From: Pseudobacteriovorax sp.
Lineage (GTDB): Bacteria > Bdellovibrionota_B > Oligoflexia > Oligoflexales > Oligoflexaceae
Reading direction: 5' to 3'
NCBI GenBank assembly: GCA_050293845.1
Contig: JBNKNM010000039.1
Span: 1 to 35,397 of the forward strand
DNA: 35,397 bases
The notes under the pieces are model-generated. The model searched no databases, was not told where the DNA came from, and worked only from the letters and a program-made list of their open reading frames with translations. How positions within the stretch are numbered: the first letter of the stretch is position 1; every line of letters starts with the position of its first letter. Positions 18,122 through 27,922 of this stretch are shown here, in pieces. Made by a program: the position numbers and the translations under genes.

Positions 18122-20368
18122 CTATTGGCAGTTGCCAAAGCTCATGCCTAGTTCCTGAGATCTTTGGCTTGCCATCGCAACGAGGCCTTGCCAATTGCTC
18201 TCTGCTGTATCTCGCCAGAGTTGTTGCCGCTTAGCTGATATTTGGTATTGATAATAAGTAGAGCAAAGCAGCTGGTCGATAAGGTTGTTGATATAGCTTG
18301 GAACCTCCGATGCGGTGGCAGGACGTCCCAATACTAGGTTAAAGTTGGTCCAGGTGTCATAATATTGATCTGCCGATATTGCATAAAAAGACAGGCCGTC
18401 AATAGCTAACATAAACTCGCTATCAACATCATAGACAGTCCAAGTTGGGGGACCATTCCGGTTATCCACATCGACGACGAGGTCTAATGCCTTCTTAACT
18501 AGGCTGCGAAAAAAGCCTACAGGGTCATACCCTCCGTCATAGGAAGAGCATTCTCCATTACCTTGCGGGTTCCAGCCCGTCGGTTCTTCGTAATCGCTGC
18601 AGAATATATCTGTTCTTGGGGGAAGTTGGCCGGTATAACCATAATTAATAGCCATTTTATCATAGAACCCGACCTTAGCTTTGTAGCGATGGGGTCTTAT
18701 TACATATTCCATAACCGAATAGCTAGTCGTATCGATAGTTGTATGGGGATCTGAAATATCTTCTCCCATAGCTGTTTCGCTTCCCAGGCTCCCTTTGAAG
18801 TTATGGCTCAGGCCCAAATTGTGGCCGATTTCGTGGGCAACCATGTTGCGAAAATATCCATACATATAACTGTCAAAAGTTTCAAAGAAAGGGATGTCAT
18901 AGAACTCTAATCTCGCCATGAAAGGGTCATGGAACCGATCGTCGTTAGCAGGGGTGGTTAAGCCTAAATCTCCCAATGTGACGGAATATTTAGCCTTATC
19001 ATTAAGTTTATCGAGCTGGGCTTTTAACTTTCTCCTTTCTGTGACAAGAAAATGGGTGGCATCTTCATCCTGACCTGAATGTCTCAGTCGATTTACTTCC
19101 CGCACGATGCCAAACCATTCGTGGTAAATCTCCATGATATATGGTCCCTGAATGAGAGTGTTTGCAGAAAAAATTTCTCCCGTAGCTGGGCTAGCCAGTG
19201 AAGGGCCTAAGCCACCGTAGGTGGCCCTGTTTTTTAAATCCCATTCAATTACATTGTAACGAGGGTCTCCCGCAACAATCCATTCTTCTGCTTCAGAGCC
19301 AGGTTCAATGAATTCGTAGCTAATAATTTGGCGTTCTGTTTGCAGGATCTCTTTAAATGCGTTGTTCCAATCCTCAATCCCTTTGATAAAAGCTGGGTGC
19401 CACTTTTCAGGAACCGCCTTAATATAATAATGAATTGGTGATTCAAAGGGAAAGTCGTCAAGAGCAAATCGAGTGATTAATGATTGATTTTGGCGATTGA
19501 CCCCAAAAAAACCGACTCCTGGGGTAGGTTCACGAGGAGTAAAATAGGGGGCTAAATTTGATGTTAGCATCAGATACCATCGGCTGGTAACAATTATAGT
19601 ATCGTCTAGATCTTCCGGTGGAGGGCTTGTGGGAATCATTGTACTAGCAATATCGAATACAAGGGTACCTTGGGAAAAATCGAAAAGATTAGCATAGGAG
19701 GATTGCTCTTTATAACCATATACAGATTGCATGTTCAATTTGGATGCAATAGTGGCAACATTGATAATCACAGACTGAGTTTCGCTATCGATGGCAACAA
19801 CAGGAAAGCTAATGATGGTTTCCTTTGGATTGACCTCGTTACAGGAGGCGATGCATCCAATTAGCTGCAAGGTATATCTTTCTGCTGTATCTTGGGCCAT
19901 ATAGGCTTTAACGATAGTAGGACTAGTAGAAGACATTTTTGCATTCCCCAACTCTTGACTTTCAGAGTCGGAAATACCCGTAATGACCCCACCGTAAATA
20001 AGATTTTGGCCAAGAAGATAAAGGGGAATCCCCATAAGAAAAGAATCCTCTTGGGAGTCCCAATCCTGGTTTGTAAGGGGACCAGATAGAGCTTGTTTGT
20101 AGTTTTTCATAGGATTAGCATGGGTTTTAAGCCACTCTTTACCCTCTGTTGAGGAAGATTTGTAAAAACTATTGCCTTGGAGACCTTGTTGAAGTGTTGC
20201 ATGGTCTAATATGCGAAAAGTCATATTAGCATCACCTATCATAGTATCGGTGCGGATCTCTTTTTTCAGCACGATGGGGGTGCGGTGCTGCAAGTTGATT
20301 TTATCTCCCCTACAGGCTGCAAGCAGCAATGCTGCCCAGCTAACTGCTATGATTTTACCAAAGTTCAT
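18122..20368 (-). CDS. Zinc-dependent metalloprotease lipoprotein (met-zincin, DUF4953/DUF5117-like)
   Basis: Lipobox LAAC; 'GIEDWNNAF', 'GDPRYNVIEW', 'PATGEI', HEIGHNLGLSHNF, Met-turn SVMEY; GGGAG RBS before ATG 20368. Confidence 0.9.
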   Translation of the reverse strand: MNFGKIIAVSWAALLLAACRGDKINLQHRTPIVLKKEIRTDTMIGDANMTFRILDHATLQQGLQGNSFYKSSSTEGKEWLKTHANPMKNYKQALSGPLTNQDWDSQEDSFLMGIPLYLLGQNLIYGGVITGISDSESQELGNAKMSSTSPTIVKAYMAQDTAERYTLQLIGCIASCNEVNPKETIISFPVVAIDSETQSVIINVATIASKLNMQSVYGYKEQSSYANLFDFSQGTLVFDIASTMIPTSPPPEDLDDTIIVTSRWYLMLTSNLAPYFTPREPTPGVGFFGVNRQNQSLITRFALDDFPFESPIHYYIKAVPEKWHPAFIKGIEDWNNAFKEILQTERQIISYEFIEPGSEAEEWIVAGDPRYNVIEWDLKNRATYGGLGPSLASPATGEIFSANTLIQGPYIMEIYHEWFGIVREVNRLRHSGQDEDATHFLVTERRKLKAQLDKLNDKAKYSVTLGDLGLTTPANDDRFHDPFMARLEFYDIPFFETFDSYMYGYFRNMVAHEIGHNLGLSHNFKGSLGSETAMGEDISDPHTTIDTTSYSVMEYVIRPHRYKAKVGFYDKMAINYGYTGQLPPRTDIFCSDYEEPTGWNPQGNGECSSYDGGYDPVGFFRSLVKKALDLVVDVDNRNGPPTWTVYDVDSEFMLAIDGLSFYAISADQYYDTWTNFNLVLGRPATASEVPSYINNLIDQLLCSTYYQYQISAKRQQLWRDTAESNWQGLVAMASQRSQELGMSFGNCQ

Positions 20369-20501
20369 GGCTGCTCCCAAAATATTTTTAGTGAAATTAG
20401 CTATTTATCATAGGGAAGAATGCTGGATATGGCAATGCACTGTTATGCTAAGACAAAAGGAATAGCTCTATCTTAAGAAGGAAAGATTCTTCATCTGGTT
20501 C

Positions 20502-20580
20502 AAAAGTCGGGTTGAGTCAAGCGCAACATCCCGACCTTATACGGTTGAGGTTATCTGAGCGTCTAAAACCTTAACCGCAT
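20502..20580 (-). terminator. Two tandem hairpins, the second followed by TTTT; probable terminator of the GntR-ABC operon
   Basis: On the - strand: CGGTTAAGGTT...AACCTCAACCG, then AGGTCGGG...CCCGACTTTT. Confidence 0.5.
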
Positions 20581-20581
20581 A

Positions 20582-20713
20582 CTAGAAGCCAATGGAGTAT
20601 ATGAGCCAAAGGGAGAAGAAAGCCATAAAAGCTCGCGCTGTAGGGCTGGTAGTTCCGCGAAACGAAGACACCAATAACCAGATTCCTAAAATGCTAATCA
20701 ATAGCAGTTTCAT
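20582..20713 (-). CDS. Small 43-aa two-helix membrane protein (not in ORF track)
   Basis: MKLLLISILGIWLLVSSFRGTTSPTARAFMAFFSLWLIYSIGF*; AGGAGG RBS and ATGA overlap with the permease stop. Confidence 0.7.
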   Translation of the reverse strand: MKLLLISILGIWLLVSSFRGTTSPTARAFMAFFSLWLIYSIGF

Positions 20714-21525
20714 GCTTCAACCTCCTTAAGGACTTGACCACTGGCTAGGGTCATTAGTCCCGAGAATAAAATACTGACTGCGATCCACTCCAGGTGTAGA
20801 TCAATGGGGATCTCGAATGCCGCATGGAGCACTCCAAAGCTTTCCAAAGTAATAGGGGGGAAAATAAGACCTTCCACAAAGAGTAAAGCCCTCGTAGCTA
20901 TGGATGCAAGAGAGATCCAACCTAAAAACTGGAGCACCGTTATAGGAAGTTTGTTACCACGCTGAAAGTAGGCGGTGTGAAGGGCGTCAATCACTTGACT
21001 GATGCTTAAAACGATAGGGCAGATTGTCATGATTAAAACTTGTGTGCCCCAAAATAAGTCACCGCCATGTCCAGGGTAATCGATATTTTCAACTTGGATA
21101 CCGATCACGGCTAAAATAGAAAGTAAGGTAAAAAACAGCCAACTAATGCCGAAGTACAATAGCAGGCGAACCCCTTGAATTTGAAATGTGGTCCACTGGG
21201 ACATTCTCATCATTTGAAACTGACCCTGTTGCCACTCTCGGTCTGAGCGAAAGGGTATTACAGTCATCATAATATAACCTATGGCTGCGAATGCTATAAT
21301 TTTACCCCAAAGGGACATGAGTTTTATGCTAGATTCCATACTAAGAATTTTTTGTAGCTGGAAATCGGTGTCATCCATGCTTAAAGAAACTTTGAATTCC
21401 GAGTTAACTAATGAAGGATTCAAGCCAACCCAAATGGCTATTAAAGTGAGGGCTAGGATCAGTATTACGATGTGAGTACGGAGGCGGCGCCCTTCTAGCC
21501 AAGCTATGATTTTAAAAAGATTCAT
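20710..21525 (-). CDS. ABC-2 type membrane permease (YtrC/D-like position)
   Basis: About 6 TM segments; start overlaps the ATPase stop; operon context. Confidence 0.8.
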   Translation of the reverse strand: MNLFKIIAWLEGRRLRTHIVILILALTLIAIWVGLNPSLVNSEFKVSLSMDDTDFQLQKILSMESSIKLMSLWGKIIAFAAIGYIMMTVIPFRSDREWQQGQFQMMRMSQWTTFQIQGVRLLLYFGISWLFFTLLSILAVIGIQVENIDYPGHGGDLFWGTQVLIMTICPIVLSISQVIDALHTAYFQRGNKLPITVLQFLGWISLASIATRALLFVEGLIFPPITLESFGVLHAAFEIPIDLHLEWIAVSILFSGLMTLASGQVLKEVEA

Positions 21526-22217
21526 AACGAGGCCTCCATTTTATTTAACTCGATGAAATGATCTGTCATAGATTGCTTATACTCCCGCAGCTTTTCAGCA
21601 AATATGTCGCTGACAACCTCGCCCTGCTTTAAATAGATGCCACGATCGAAAAAACCCTCTATATCTTTGATTTCGTGGGTAGATATTAATACTGTGGAGT
21701 TTTCGTCCCAGTTTTCAATGAGAGTCTTAATAATAAGTGACCGTGACACCAGGTCGATTCCCGATAAAGGTTCGTCAAGGAGGTAGAGCCTTGCCTGACG
21801 TGACATGGTTGCCACAAGTCGCATCCTTTGTTGTTGTCCTTTGGACATTTGCGACATGGGTTTTTGAGGGACTTCAAGAGCGGCAAGCAATTCGTTGAAT
21901 TTGCTTTCATTCACCCCTTTGTACATACAGCCCATATACTTTCTTATATCTTGAGGTTGCATCCAAGGATAAAAGCTCGCTTTATCCCCCAGATAGGAAA
22001 TGTGCTCGCGCGCATGATGGGGGGAAGTGCCCATTATGCGGATAATCCCTGCATCCGGTTTGAGTAGTCCTGAGAGCAATTTAAGGGTTGTCGTTTTGCC
22101 GGAACCATTAAGTCCAAACAGACCGACCACCTGCCCCGAATTTAGATTAAAGTCAGCGTGGTGCAGGCCCTCTCCCCCACGAAATAGTTTCTTTACTTGC
22201 TTGAATTCAGCTATCAT
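21522..22217 (-). CDS. ABC transporter ATP-binding protein (YtrB-like)
   Basis: GLNGSGKTT, MSKGQQQR, LLDEPLSGID, ISTH. Confidence 0.93.
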   Translation of the reverse strand: MIAEFKQVKKLFRGGEGLHHADFNLNSGQVVGLFGLNGSGKTTTLKLLSGLLKPDAGIIRIMGTSPHHAREHISYLGDKASFYPWMQPQDIRKYMGCMYKGVNESKFNELLAALEVPQKPMSQMSKGQQQRMRLVATMSRQARLYLLDEPLSGIDLVSRSLIIKTLIENWDENSTVLISTHEIKDIEGFFDRGIYLKQGEVVSDIFAEKLREYKQSMTDHFIELNKMEASL

Positions 22218-22572
22218 TTCGCCTCTCTTCTTCCAATTTCTTAATGGCTACTTCAGGGCTTATACCGAGGTCATGAATCTGTTTGAGATAAGACTGGTTA
22301 ATCTCCCTAAGTAGGTTCAGTTTTAAGGAGCCAACGTTAGCGCTTTCCTTGACAAAGGTACCTAATCCGCGACGTTTTTCAATGATATCGCGCCTCTCCA
22401 GCTCTGCAAAAGCGCTGACCACGGTATTAGGGTTGATGCTGGCTTGGGATGCTAGCTCTCGCGCCGATGGCAGCTTTTCCCCAGGCAACCATTCACCACG
22501 CGCTATTTTATTAATCACCTGATCAGCGACTTGCATGTAAACCGGACCTTTTTTGAAATCAATATTCCACAT
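22207..22572 (-). CDS. GntR family transcriptional regulator, YtrA subfamily
   Basis: PVYMQV..PGEKLPSARELA..INPNTVV..RGLGTFV with a short two-helix C-terminus; precedes ABC genes. Confidence 0.93.
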   Translation of the reverse strand: MWNIDFKKGPVYMQVADQVINKIARGEWLPGEKLPSARELASQASINPNTVVSAFAELERRDIIEKRRGLGTFVKESANVGSLKLNLLREINQSYLKQIHDLGISPEVAIKKLEEERRNDS

Positions 22573-22585
22573 CGCATCACCGAAG

Positions 22586-22634
22586 TAGTTAACTAGGTAA
22601 CTAGTACACTAATGGTTTTTTCGTATCTTGTCTA
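22586..22634 (-). promoter_or_regulatory. Promoter (TAGACA-17-TAGTGT) with overlapping YtrA-type operator
   Basis: AGTGTA-CTAGTTACCTAGT-TAACTA resembles the YtrA AGTGTA-N13-TACACT box; internal ACTAG-N4-CTAGT inverted repeat. Confidence 0.7.
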
Positions 22635-22851
22635 CAGCATCACCAGAAAAAAATCTAAGTATCTAAATATAAATAAGAAAAACAATAGAATTTCTATTAA
22701 ATTAAGTTGTGGTGCTTAATTTAAATGGATTAGAAGCTAAGCATAGATGGTTTTAAGAAGGCTGCTCCTTACAAAGAATTAATGACGATTGCAAGAAACC
22801 ACCAGTGTACTATGAAGCGTTACTTTCTAAAAATACTTGTCTTTACTGTTA

Positions 22852-22927
22852 AATGATATTAGTTGTCATTTTCAACTATAGATCGGCCGATATTAAAAAT
22901 ATTATGCTGATAATGAAAGTCAAAACC
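22852..22927 (+). promoter_or_regulatory. Two Fur-box-like sites upstream of the iron ABC operon
   Basis: AATGATATTAGTTGTCATT (22852-22870) and GATAATGAAAGTCAAAACC (22909-22927, 14/19 to GATAATGATAATCATTATC). Confidence 0.7.
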
Positions 22928-22944
22928 ATAGAGGCACTTTAATT

Positions 22945-23943
22945 ATGCAGATCTTACTAAATATGGCCCTATTCGCCATTATGTTTATCCCCGCCATTAA
23001 AGCTATGTCCAAGGATATTGTTGTTTATTCGGCACGGAAAGAGCACCTTATCAAGCCCCTTTTTGATAGTTACGAAAAGAAAACGGGAATAAAAATCAAA
23101 TATGTTACTGATAGTGCGGCACCCTTGTTGGAACGGCTCAAAGGAGAGGGTAAGCGCACCATGGCCGACATCCTCATGACTGTCGATGCGGGTAACCTCT
23201 GGAATGCGGCAAACTCCGGGGTATTACAAAGCATATCGAGTAAGACCCTCAGCAACAATATCCCCGCTTATTTTCGAGACCCCGATAACCGCTGGTTTGG
23301 CCTTTCGGTTAGAGCCAGGACGATTGCTTACTCCACCGAGCGCGTGAAACCATCTGAACTCAAAGGATATTGGGATCTTGGTGAAGCGAAGTGGAAAGGC
23401 CGGTTGTGCTTGAGAACATCAAAAAAAGTATACAATCAGTCCTTAGTTGCCATGTTTATCGCTGAGGCAGGTGTTGCCAAAACGGAGGCACTCATCAAAA
23501 ATATGGTAGGGAACCTTGCTACTAAAGTATTCTCGAACGATACTAGCTTACTGAAAGCCATTAATGCCGGCCAATGTGATGTTGGGATAGTAAACACCTA
23601 CTATTTTGCCAGATTGCAGAGGGAGAATCCCAAGGTGAAGGTCAAGCTTTTCTTTCCTAAAAAGGCCCATGGTGGCGTTCACCAAAACGTTTCAGGTGCA
23701 GGTGTGACAAAATATGCGCCCCATAAGGCTGAAGCAATTAAATTTTTGGAATGGTTATCAAGTCCTGAGGCCCAAAGTATGTTTGCAGACATGAACTTAG
23801 AGTACCCTGTAACCAAAGGTGTGCAGCCTAATCCTCTGGTAAAAGCCTGGGGTGAGTACGAGGGTAATGATATGAATGTCAGTAGAGCGGGTGAACTCCA
23901 GGGCGAAGCTATCAAGTTAATGGATCGAGCAGGTTACCTTTGA
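22945..23943 (+). CDS. fbpA: Fe(3+) ABC transporter substrate-binding protein (FbpA/FutA-like)
   Basis: VYSAR, ADILMTVDAGNL, WFGLSVRAR, VNTYY iron-binding tyrosines, NVSGAGV. Confidence 0.93.
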   Translation: MQILLNMALFAIMFIPAIKAMSKDIVVYSARKEHLIKPLFDSYEKKTGIKIKYVTDSAAPLLERLKGEGKRTMADILMTVDAGNLWNAANSGVLQSISSKTLSNNIPAYFRDPDNRWFGLSVRARTIAYSTERVKPSELKGYWDLGEAKWKGRLCLRTSKKVYNQSLVAMFIAEAGVAKTEALIKNMVGNLATKVFSNDTSLLKAINAGQCDVGIVNTYYFARLQRENPKVKVKLFFPKKAHGGVHQNVSGAGVTKYAPHKAEAIKFLEWLSSPEAQSMFADMNLEYPVTKGVQPNPLVKAWGEYEGNDMNVSRAGELQGEAIKLMDRAGYL

Positions 23944-25547
23944 AAAAACGCCGTCAATGCAAGACTTCTAGGGTCTGGTGCTATGCTAGTTACCTTGTCG
24001 GGGTATTGGTACTGTTACCCGTTCTGACGATATTAGCATCGTGGCTAATGCCTTTAAGCGAACACTGGGATCATATTATAACGACTATGCTTTCTAGGCT
24101 CGTTACTAATTCCTTACTATTGACGGGCATCGTGGTTATGGGGACGGCAACCATTGGTGTAAGTTTGGCTTGGATAACGGGGCAGATAGATTTTCCTGGG
24201 CGTAAGCTGTTTCGTAAGGTGCTAGTATTGCCTCTAGCTATCCCATCTTATGTTACGGGATTTATCTATTTGGGCATTTTTGATTATGCCGGGCCCGTTC
24301 CGCAGCTAATGCGTGGGCTAGGCTGGGGACAAGGCTTTTTCGAAATCCGATCCATGGGTGGAGCCGCTTTCGTCCTGATATTAGGCTTATACCCCTATGT
24401 ATACTTACTGAGTCGTCAAGCTTTTGAGTCCCAAGGAAGTTCATATATCGAGGCAGCTCGCTCCCTAGGCGTTCCTTATGTAAAAGTATTTTTTAGCTTA
24501 GCTATTCCCCTGGCTAGACCTTGGATCTTTGGAGCCTTGTGTTTGGTGGCTATGGACTGCCTGGCAGATTTTGGCACGGTTTCTATTTTTGGAGTGAGTA
24601 CTTTTACTACAGCTATTTACAAGGCTTGGTTTGGCTTTTTTTCGCCATTAACTGCGGCACAGCTCTCCTCGGGTCTATTATTGTTTATAGGGGCTATCAT
24701 CTTTTTCAACGTTAAGTTGGGACAAAGGAAATCATATGTAGGACAATGGCGGTCTACTTCAGCTAAAACTCCCCGCTCTCCCTTTGTGGCTTGGGGGTGC
24801 AGCTTATTCTGCGCCACAGTGTTCAGTTTGGCATTTCTTATTCCCCTAGGGCAGCTGATAGTATGGGCTTGGAGTCATTGGCAGCAGAGCTGGTTGCATA
24901 TGACCACCATTACGATGAACAGCTTTGTTTTAGGAGCTAGCACCGCTGTTTTAGTTTGTATGTGTTGTATAGGGTTAGTTTTTGCGCAACGTTTTTTCCC
25001 CATCAAAAGGATTTTTTTTGCAAACCGCGTGGCGGTTTTAGGCTATGCGCTACCTGGTGCTGTTCTAGCCATTGGGCTCTTTTTACCGCTCGTAAAGCTC
25101 GATCACTTTATCGCTGATTTTTGGGAAGGTTTGTGGGGCTGGGACCCCGGCTTACTTCTAACGGGTACTATTTTTGTTGTGCTCATGGGCTTAACTATTC
25201 GTTTCATGGCTGTGGGCCATGCTTCCATTTCCTCTGCCCAAGAAAGAGTGTCACGGCGCATTGATGAAGCTGCTATTAATTTTGGAGTTTACGGATGGCA
25301 ACAGATCAGGGACATTCACCTTCCCATTATTTGGAAGAGTGTGATGGGAGCGTGGGTTTTAGTTTTTATAGATACTATTAAAGAAATGCCTCTAACTTTA
25401 ATGACCCGTCCCTTCGGCTGGGATACCCTCTCTGTAAAGATTTTTGAGTTGATTAGTGAAGGGGAGTGGGAACGAGCAGCATTACCCGCTTTGCTGCTGG
25501 TATGTTTAAGCTTGATTCCTGTTGTGATTTTGAAAAAGGAGGGGTGA
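23940..25547 (+). CDS. fbpB: Fe(3+) ABC transporter permease
   Basis: Duplicated permease with two EAA loops; LPLAIPSY, ADFGTV, KEMPLTL.RPFG. Confidence 0.93.
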   Translation: MKKRRQCKTSRVWCYASYLVGVLVLLPVLTILASWLMPLSEHWDHIITTMLSRLVTNSLLLTGIVVMGTATIGVSLAWITGQIDFPGRKLFRKVLVLPLAIPSYVTGFIYLGIFDYAGPVPQLMRGLGWGQGFFEIRSMGGAAFVLILGLYPYVYLLSRQAFESQGSSYIEAARSLGVPYVKVFFSLAIPLARPWIFGALCLVAMDCLADFGTVSIFGVSTFTTAIYKAWFGFFSPLTAAQLSSGLLLFIGAIIFFNVKLGQRKSYVGQWRSTSAKTPRSPFVAWGCSLFCATVFSLAFLIPLGQLIVWAWSHWQQSWLHMTTITMNSFVLGASTAVLVCMCCIGLVFAQRFFPIKRIFFANRVAVLGYALPGAVLAIGLFLPLVKLDHFIADFWEGLWGWDPGLLLTGTIFVVLMGLTIRFMAVGHASISSAQERVSRRIDEAAINFGVYGWQQIRDIHLPIIWKSVMGAWVLVFIDTIKEMPLTLMTRPFGWDTLSVKIFELISEGEWERAALPALLLVCLSLIPVVILKKEG

Positions 25548-25550
25548 TAA

Positions 25551-26639
25551 TTGTCAAGGGTAGTGCTACAGATTGAAAATCTTGTTCATTGCTATGGACA
25601 GGAAACTATTCTCGACCATGTGAGCTTGAAAGTGGAGGAAGGGCAGATCGCTTGCCTCCTAGGGGCTAGCGGGTGTGGAAAGACAACCCTATTAAGATGT
25701 ATCGCGGGCTTTGAAACAGTTGTTACCGGGACCATCACAATTAATGGCTCTTTGGTTAGCTGTAAAGGACATCATTTGCCACCAGAAGAGCGTAAGATAG
25801 GACTCGTATTTCAGGATTATGCTTTATTTCCACATCTGACCGTTCGTGAGAATGTAGGGTTTGGTATACGCCATCTCAACCGCCATATTGCAGATAAAAA
25901 AATTAATGGCCTACTAGAATCCGTGGACATGCAGAAGTTTGGTAGTCGTTATCCTACCGAGCTGTCTGGTGGCCAGCAGCAACGTGTTGCGTTAGCGAGG
26001 GCTTTAGCTCCAGAGCCTGACTTGCTTTTATTGGACGAGCCTTTTAGTAATCTAGATTCAAATCTACGTGAGAAGATGAAGTATGAATTGAAAGCTTTGC
26101 TATCGCATTTTGGAGTTACAGCCATTTTAGTAACCCATAATCAAGATGAAGCTTTTGATATTGCTGATAAGATTGCTGTTATGGAGCGCGGAAAGCTCTT
26201 GCAATGGGGAGATTCTTATACCCTATATCATCAACCTGCCAACAAATCTGTCGCTCAGTTTCTGGGAGTCGGAATGTTTTTGCCGGCAAAGATTACTCCT
26301 GAAGGTAGTTTGGAAACAGAAATTGGCACCATATCTTCAAATGTTGGCTTGAAGGACTTACTTGGTCAAGATATTTCAGTTTTACTGCGCCCTGATGATG
26401 TGGTTCATGACGATAGTTCTAATACCCTTGCTCGCTTGGAGAGAATCGCGTTTAGGGGAATGTACCAAATATACTATCTTAGCTTGCCTAGTGGGAGCTT
26501 GATTTACTGTTTTACGTCAAGCCATCACCTTGAACATAAAATTGGTGATAGCATTGGTATACGTCTGGATTTAAAGCACATCGTTATTTTCAATGGACGC
26601 CAAGCTATTCTAAAAAATATTAGCTATCTTGATGCCTGA
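25551..26639 (+). CDS. fbpC: Fe(3+) ABC transporter ATP-binding protein
   Basis: GASGCGKTT, FQDYALFPHL, LSGGQQQRVALARALA, LLDEPFSNLD. Confidence 0.93.
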   Translation: MSRVVLQIENLVHCYGQETILDHVSLKVEEGQIACLLGASGCGKTTLLRCIAGFETVVTGTITINGSLVSCKGHHLPPEERKIGLVFQDYALFPHLTVRENVGFGIRHLNRHIADKKINGLLESVDMQKFGSRYPTELSGGQQQRVALARALAPEPDLLLLDEPFSNLDSNLREKMKYELKALLSHFGVTAILVTHNQDEAFDIADKIAVMERGKLLQWGDSYTLYHQPANKSVAQFLGVGMFLPAKITPEGSLETEIGTISSNVGLKDLLGQDISVLLRPDDVVHDDSSNTLARLERIAFRGMYQIYYLSLPSGSLIYCFTSSHHLEHKIGDSIGIRLDLKHIVIFNGRQAILKNISYLDA

Positions 26640-26785
26640 TTGATTATACTATCCTCCATAAGAAGCTTTCGAAAGTATCTATTGTGTCTTGCATTTTGTT
26701 GTTGATCAGATTAAACAGGGCGTCTCGTTTTTGCTAGTTAATTTACTTACGAAAATATGTTGTGCTTAAAAAAGGTAGTCCATAA

Positions 26786-27463
26786 ATGACGAAAATCGAT
26801 GCTGAAAAACTTCTCCAGTACATATCTAAGGTATTCAAACCCCACCCTTGGCATGGAATTCAGGCTAGGCCCAAGGATGATGAGAAGCTTGTGAACGCCT
26901 ATATTGAAATTGTACCTACTGATCGCGTCAAATATGAAATAGACAAAGACAGCGGTTATCTTATGGTGGATAGACCCCAGAAATTTTCCAATATCGTACC
27001 GTCTTTATACGGTTTTATTCCTCAAACATATTCAGGAGATAAACTGGCTGCGTATACACAGCAAAAACTAAAGCGTGACGACTTATTTGGTGATGGCGAT
27101 CCCTTAGATCTCTGTGTCTTCACTGAAAAACCGATTACCCATGGGGATCTGATTCTGAAGGCGATTCCTATAGGTGGCTTTCGTATGATTGATGATGGGG
27201 AAGTCGATGATAAAATCATAGCAGTTCTCAAGGATGACCCCATCTATAGCCTATGGAAAAGTGTGGAGGATTGCCCTCCTTCCATTATCGATGGCTTACG
27301 ACACTATTTTCTAACGTACAAGGAAATTCCTGGGACCAGCAAGAAGACGAAAATTGAAATTACTGATATTTATGATGCTCAAGAGGCGAATCAAATCATT
27401 CGATTATCCCAAGAAGACTATGCTGATAAGTATGGTTTTGCCGCGTTCTCCGAATTGCTTTGA
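26786..27463 (+). CDS. ppa: Inorganic pyrophosphatase (family I)
   Basis: HPWHG, KYEIDK, YGFIPQT, DGDPLD, DDKIIAV. Confidence 0.96.
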   Translation: MTKIDAEKLLQYISKVFKPHPWHGIQARPKDDEKLVNAYIEIVPTDRVKYEIDKDSGYLMVDRPQKFSNIVPSLYGFIPQTYSGDKLAAYTQQKLKRDDLFGDGDPLDLCVFTEKPITHGDLILKAIPIGGFRMIDDGEVDDKIIAVLKDDPIYSLWKSVEDCPPSIIDGLRHYFLTYKEIPGTSKKTKIEITDIYDAQEANQIIRLSQEDYADKYGFAAFSELL

Positions 27464-27922
27464 CCCCTGTGCTATAGCTGTCCTAGTGCCGCACTAAAGT
27501 GACAAAAATCGTCCATAACAGTTAAGCGGCGACTAGTTTAGTGTCGTGTACGGCTAAGAGCATGCGAATCAAATATAATAGAGGCCTTGAGGTCAAAGCC
27601 CCTATTGAATCGAAGGTCATAGACTGGCTAAGTTTTTGAGAGCTCTATCTTTTATAGTTACCATATTCTGAGTTTTTACGAAAAAGAATTTTATGAGAAA
27701 CCAAACATCATAGATTTTTTACTTATTTATTGTTAAAGGTAATAAAATATTTTTGGGCCAATGGATAATAACTGGAATTTGAAAAGTTCAGTCCAGGAAT
27801 TCCTTGGTGTGACATGGTGTGGCTAGTACCAAACGGCGCAATTAGAAATCACAGGTAGTCTTTTACTTTATTATTTAATAGAATCGGCTTAGATCTATCA
27901 AGTTGCTGTTGGAGATGAATCA

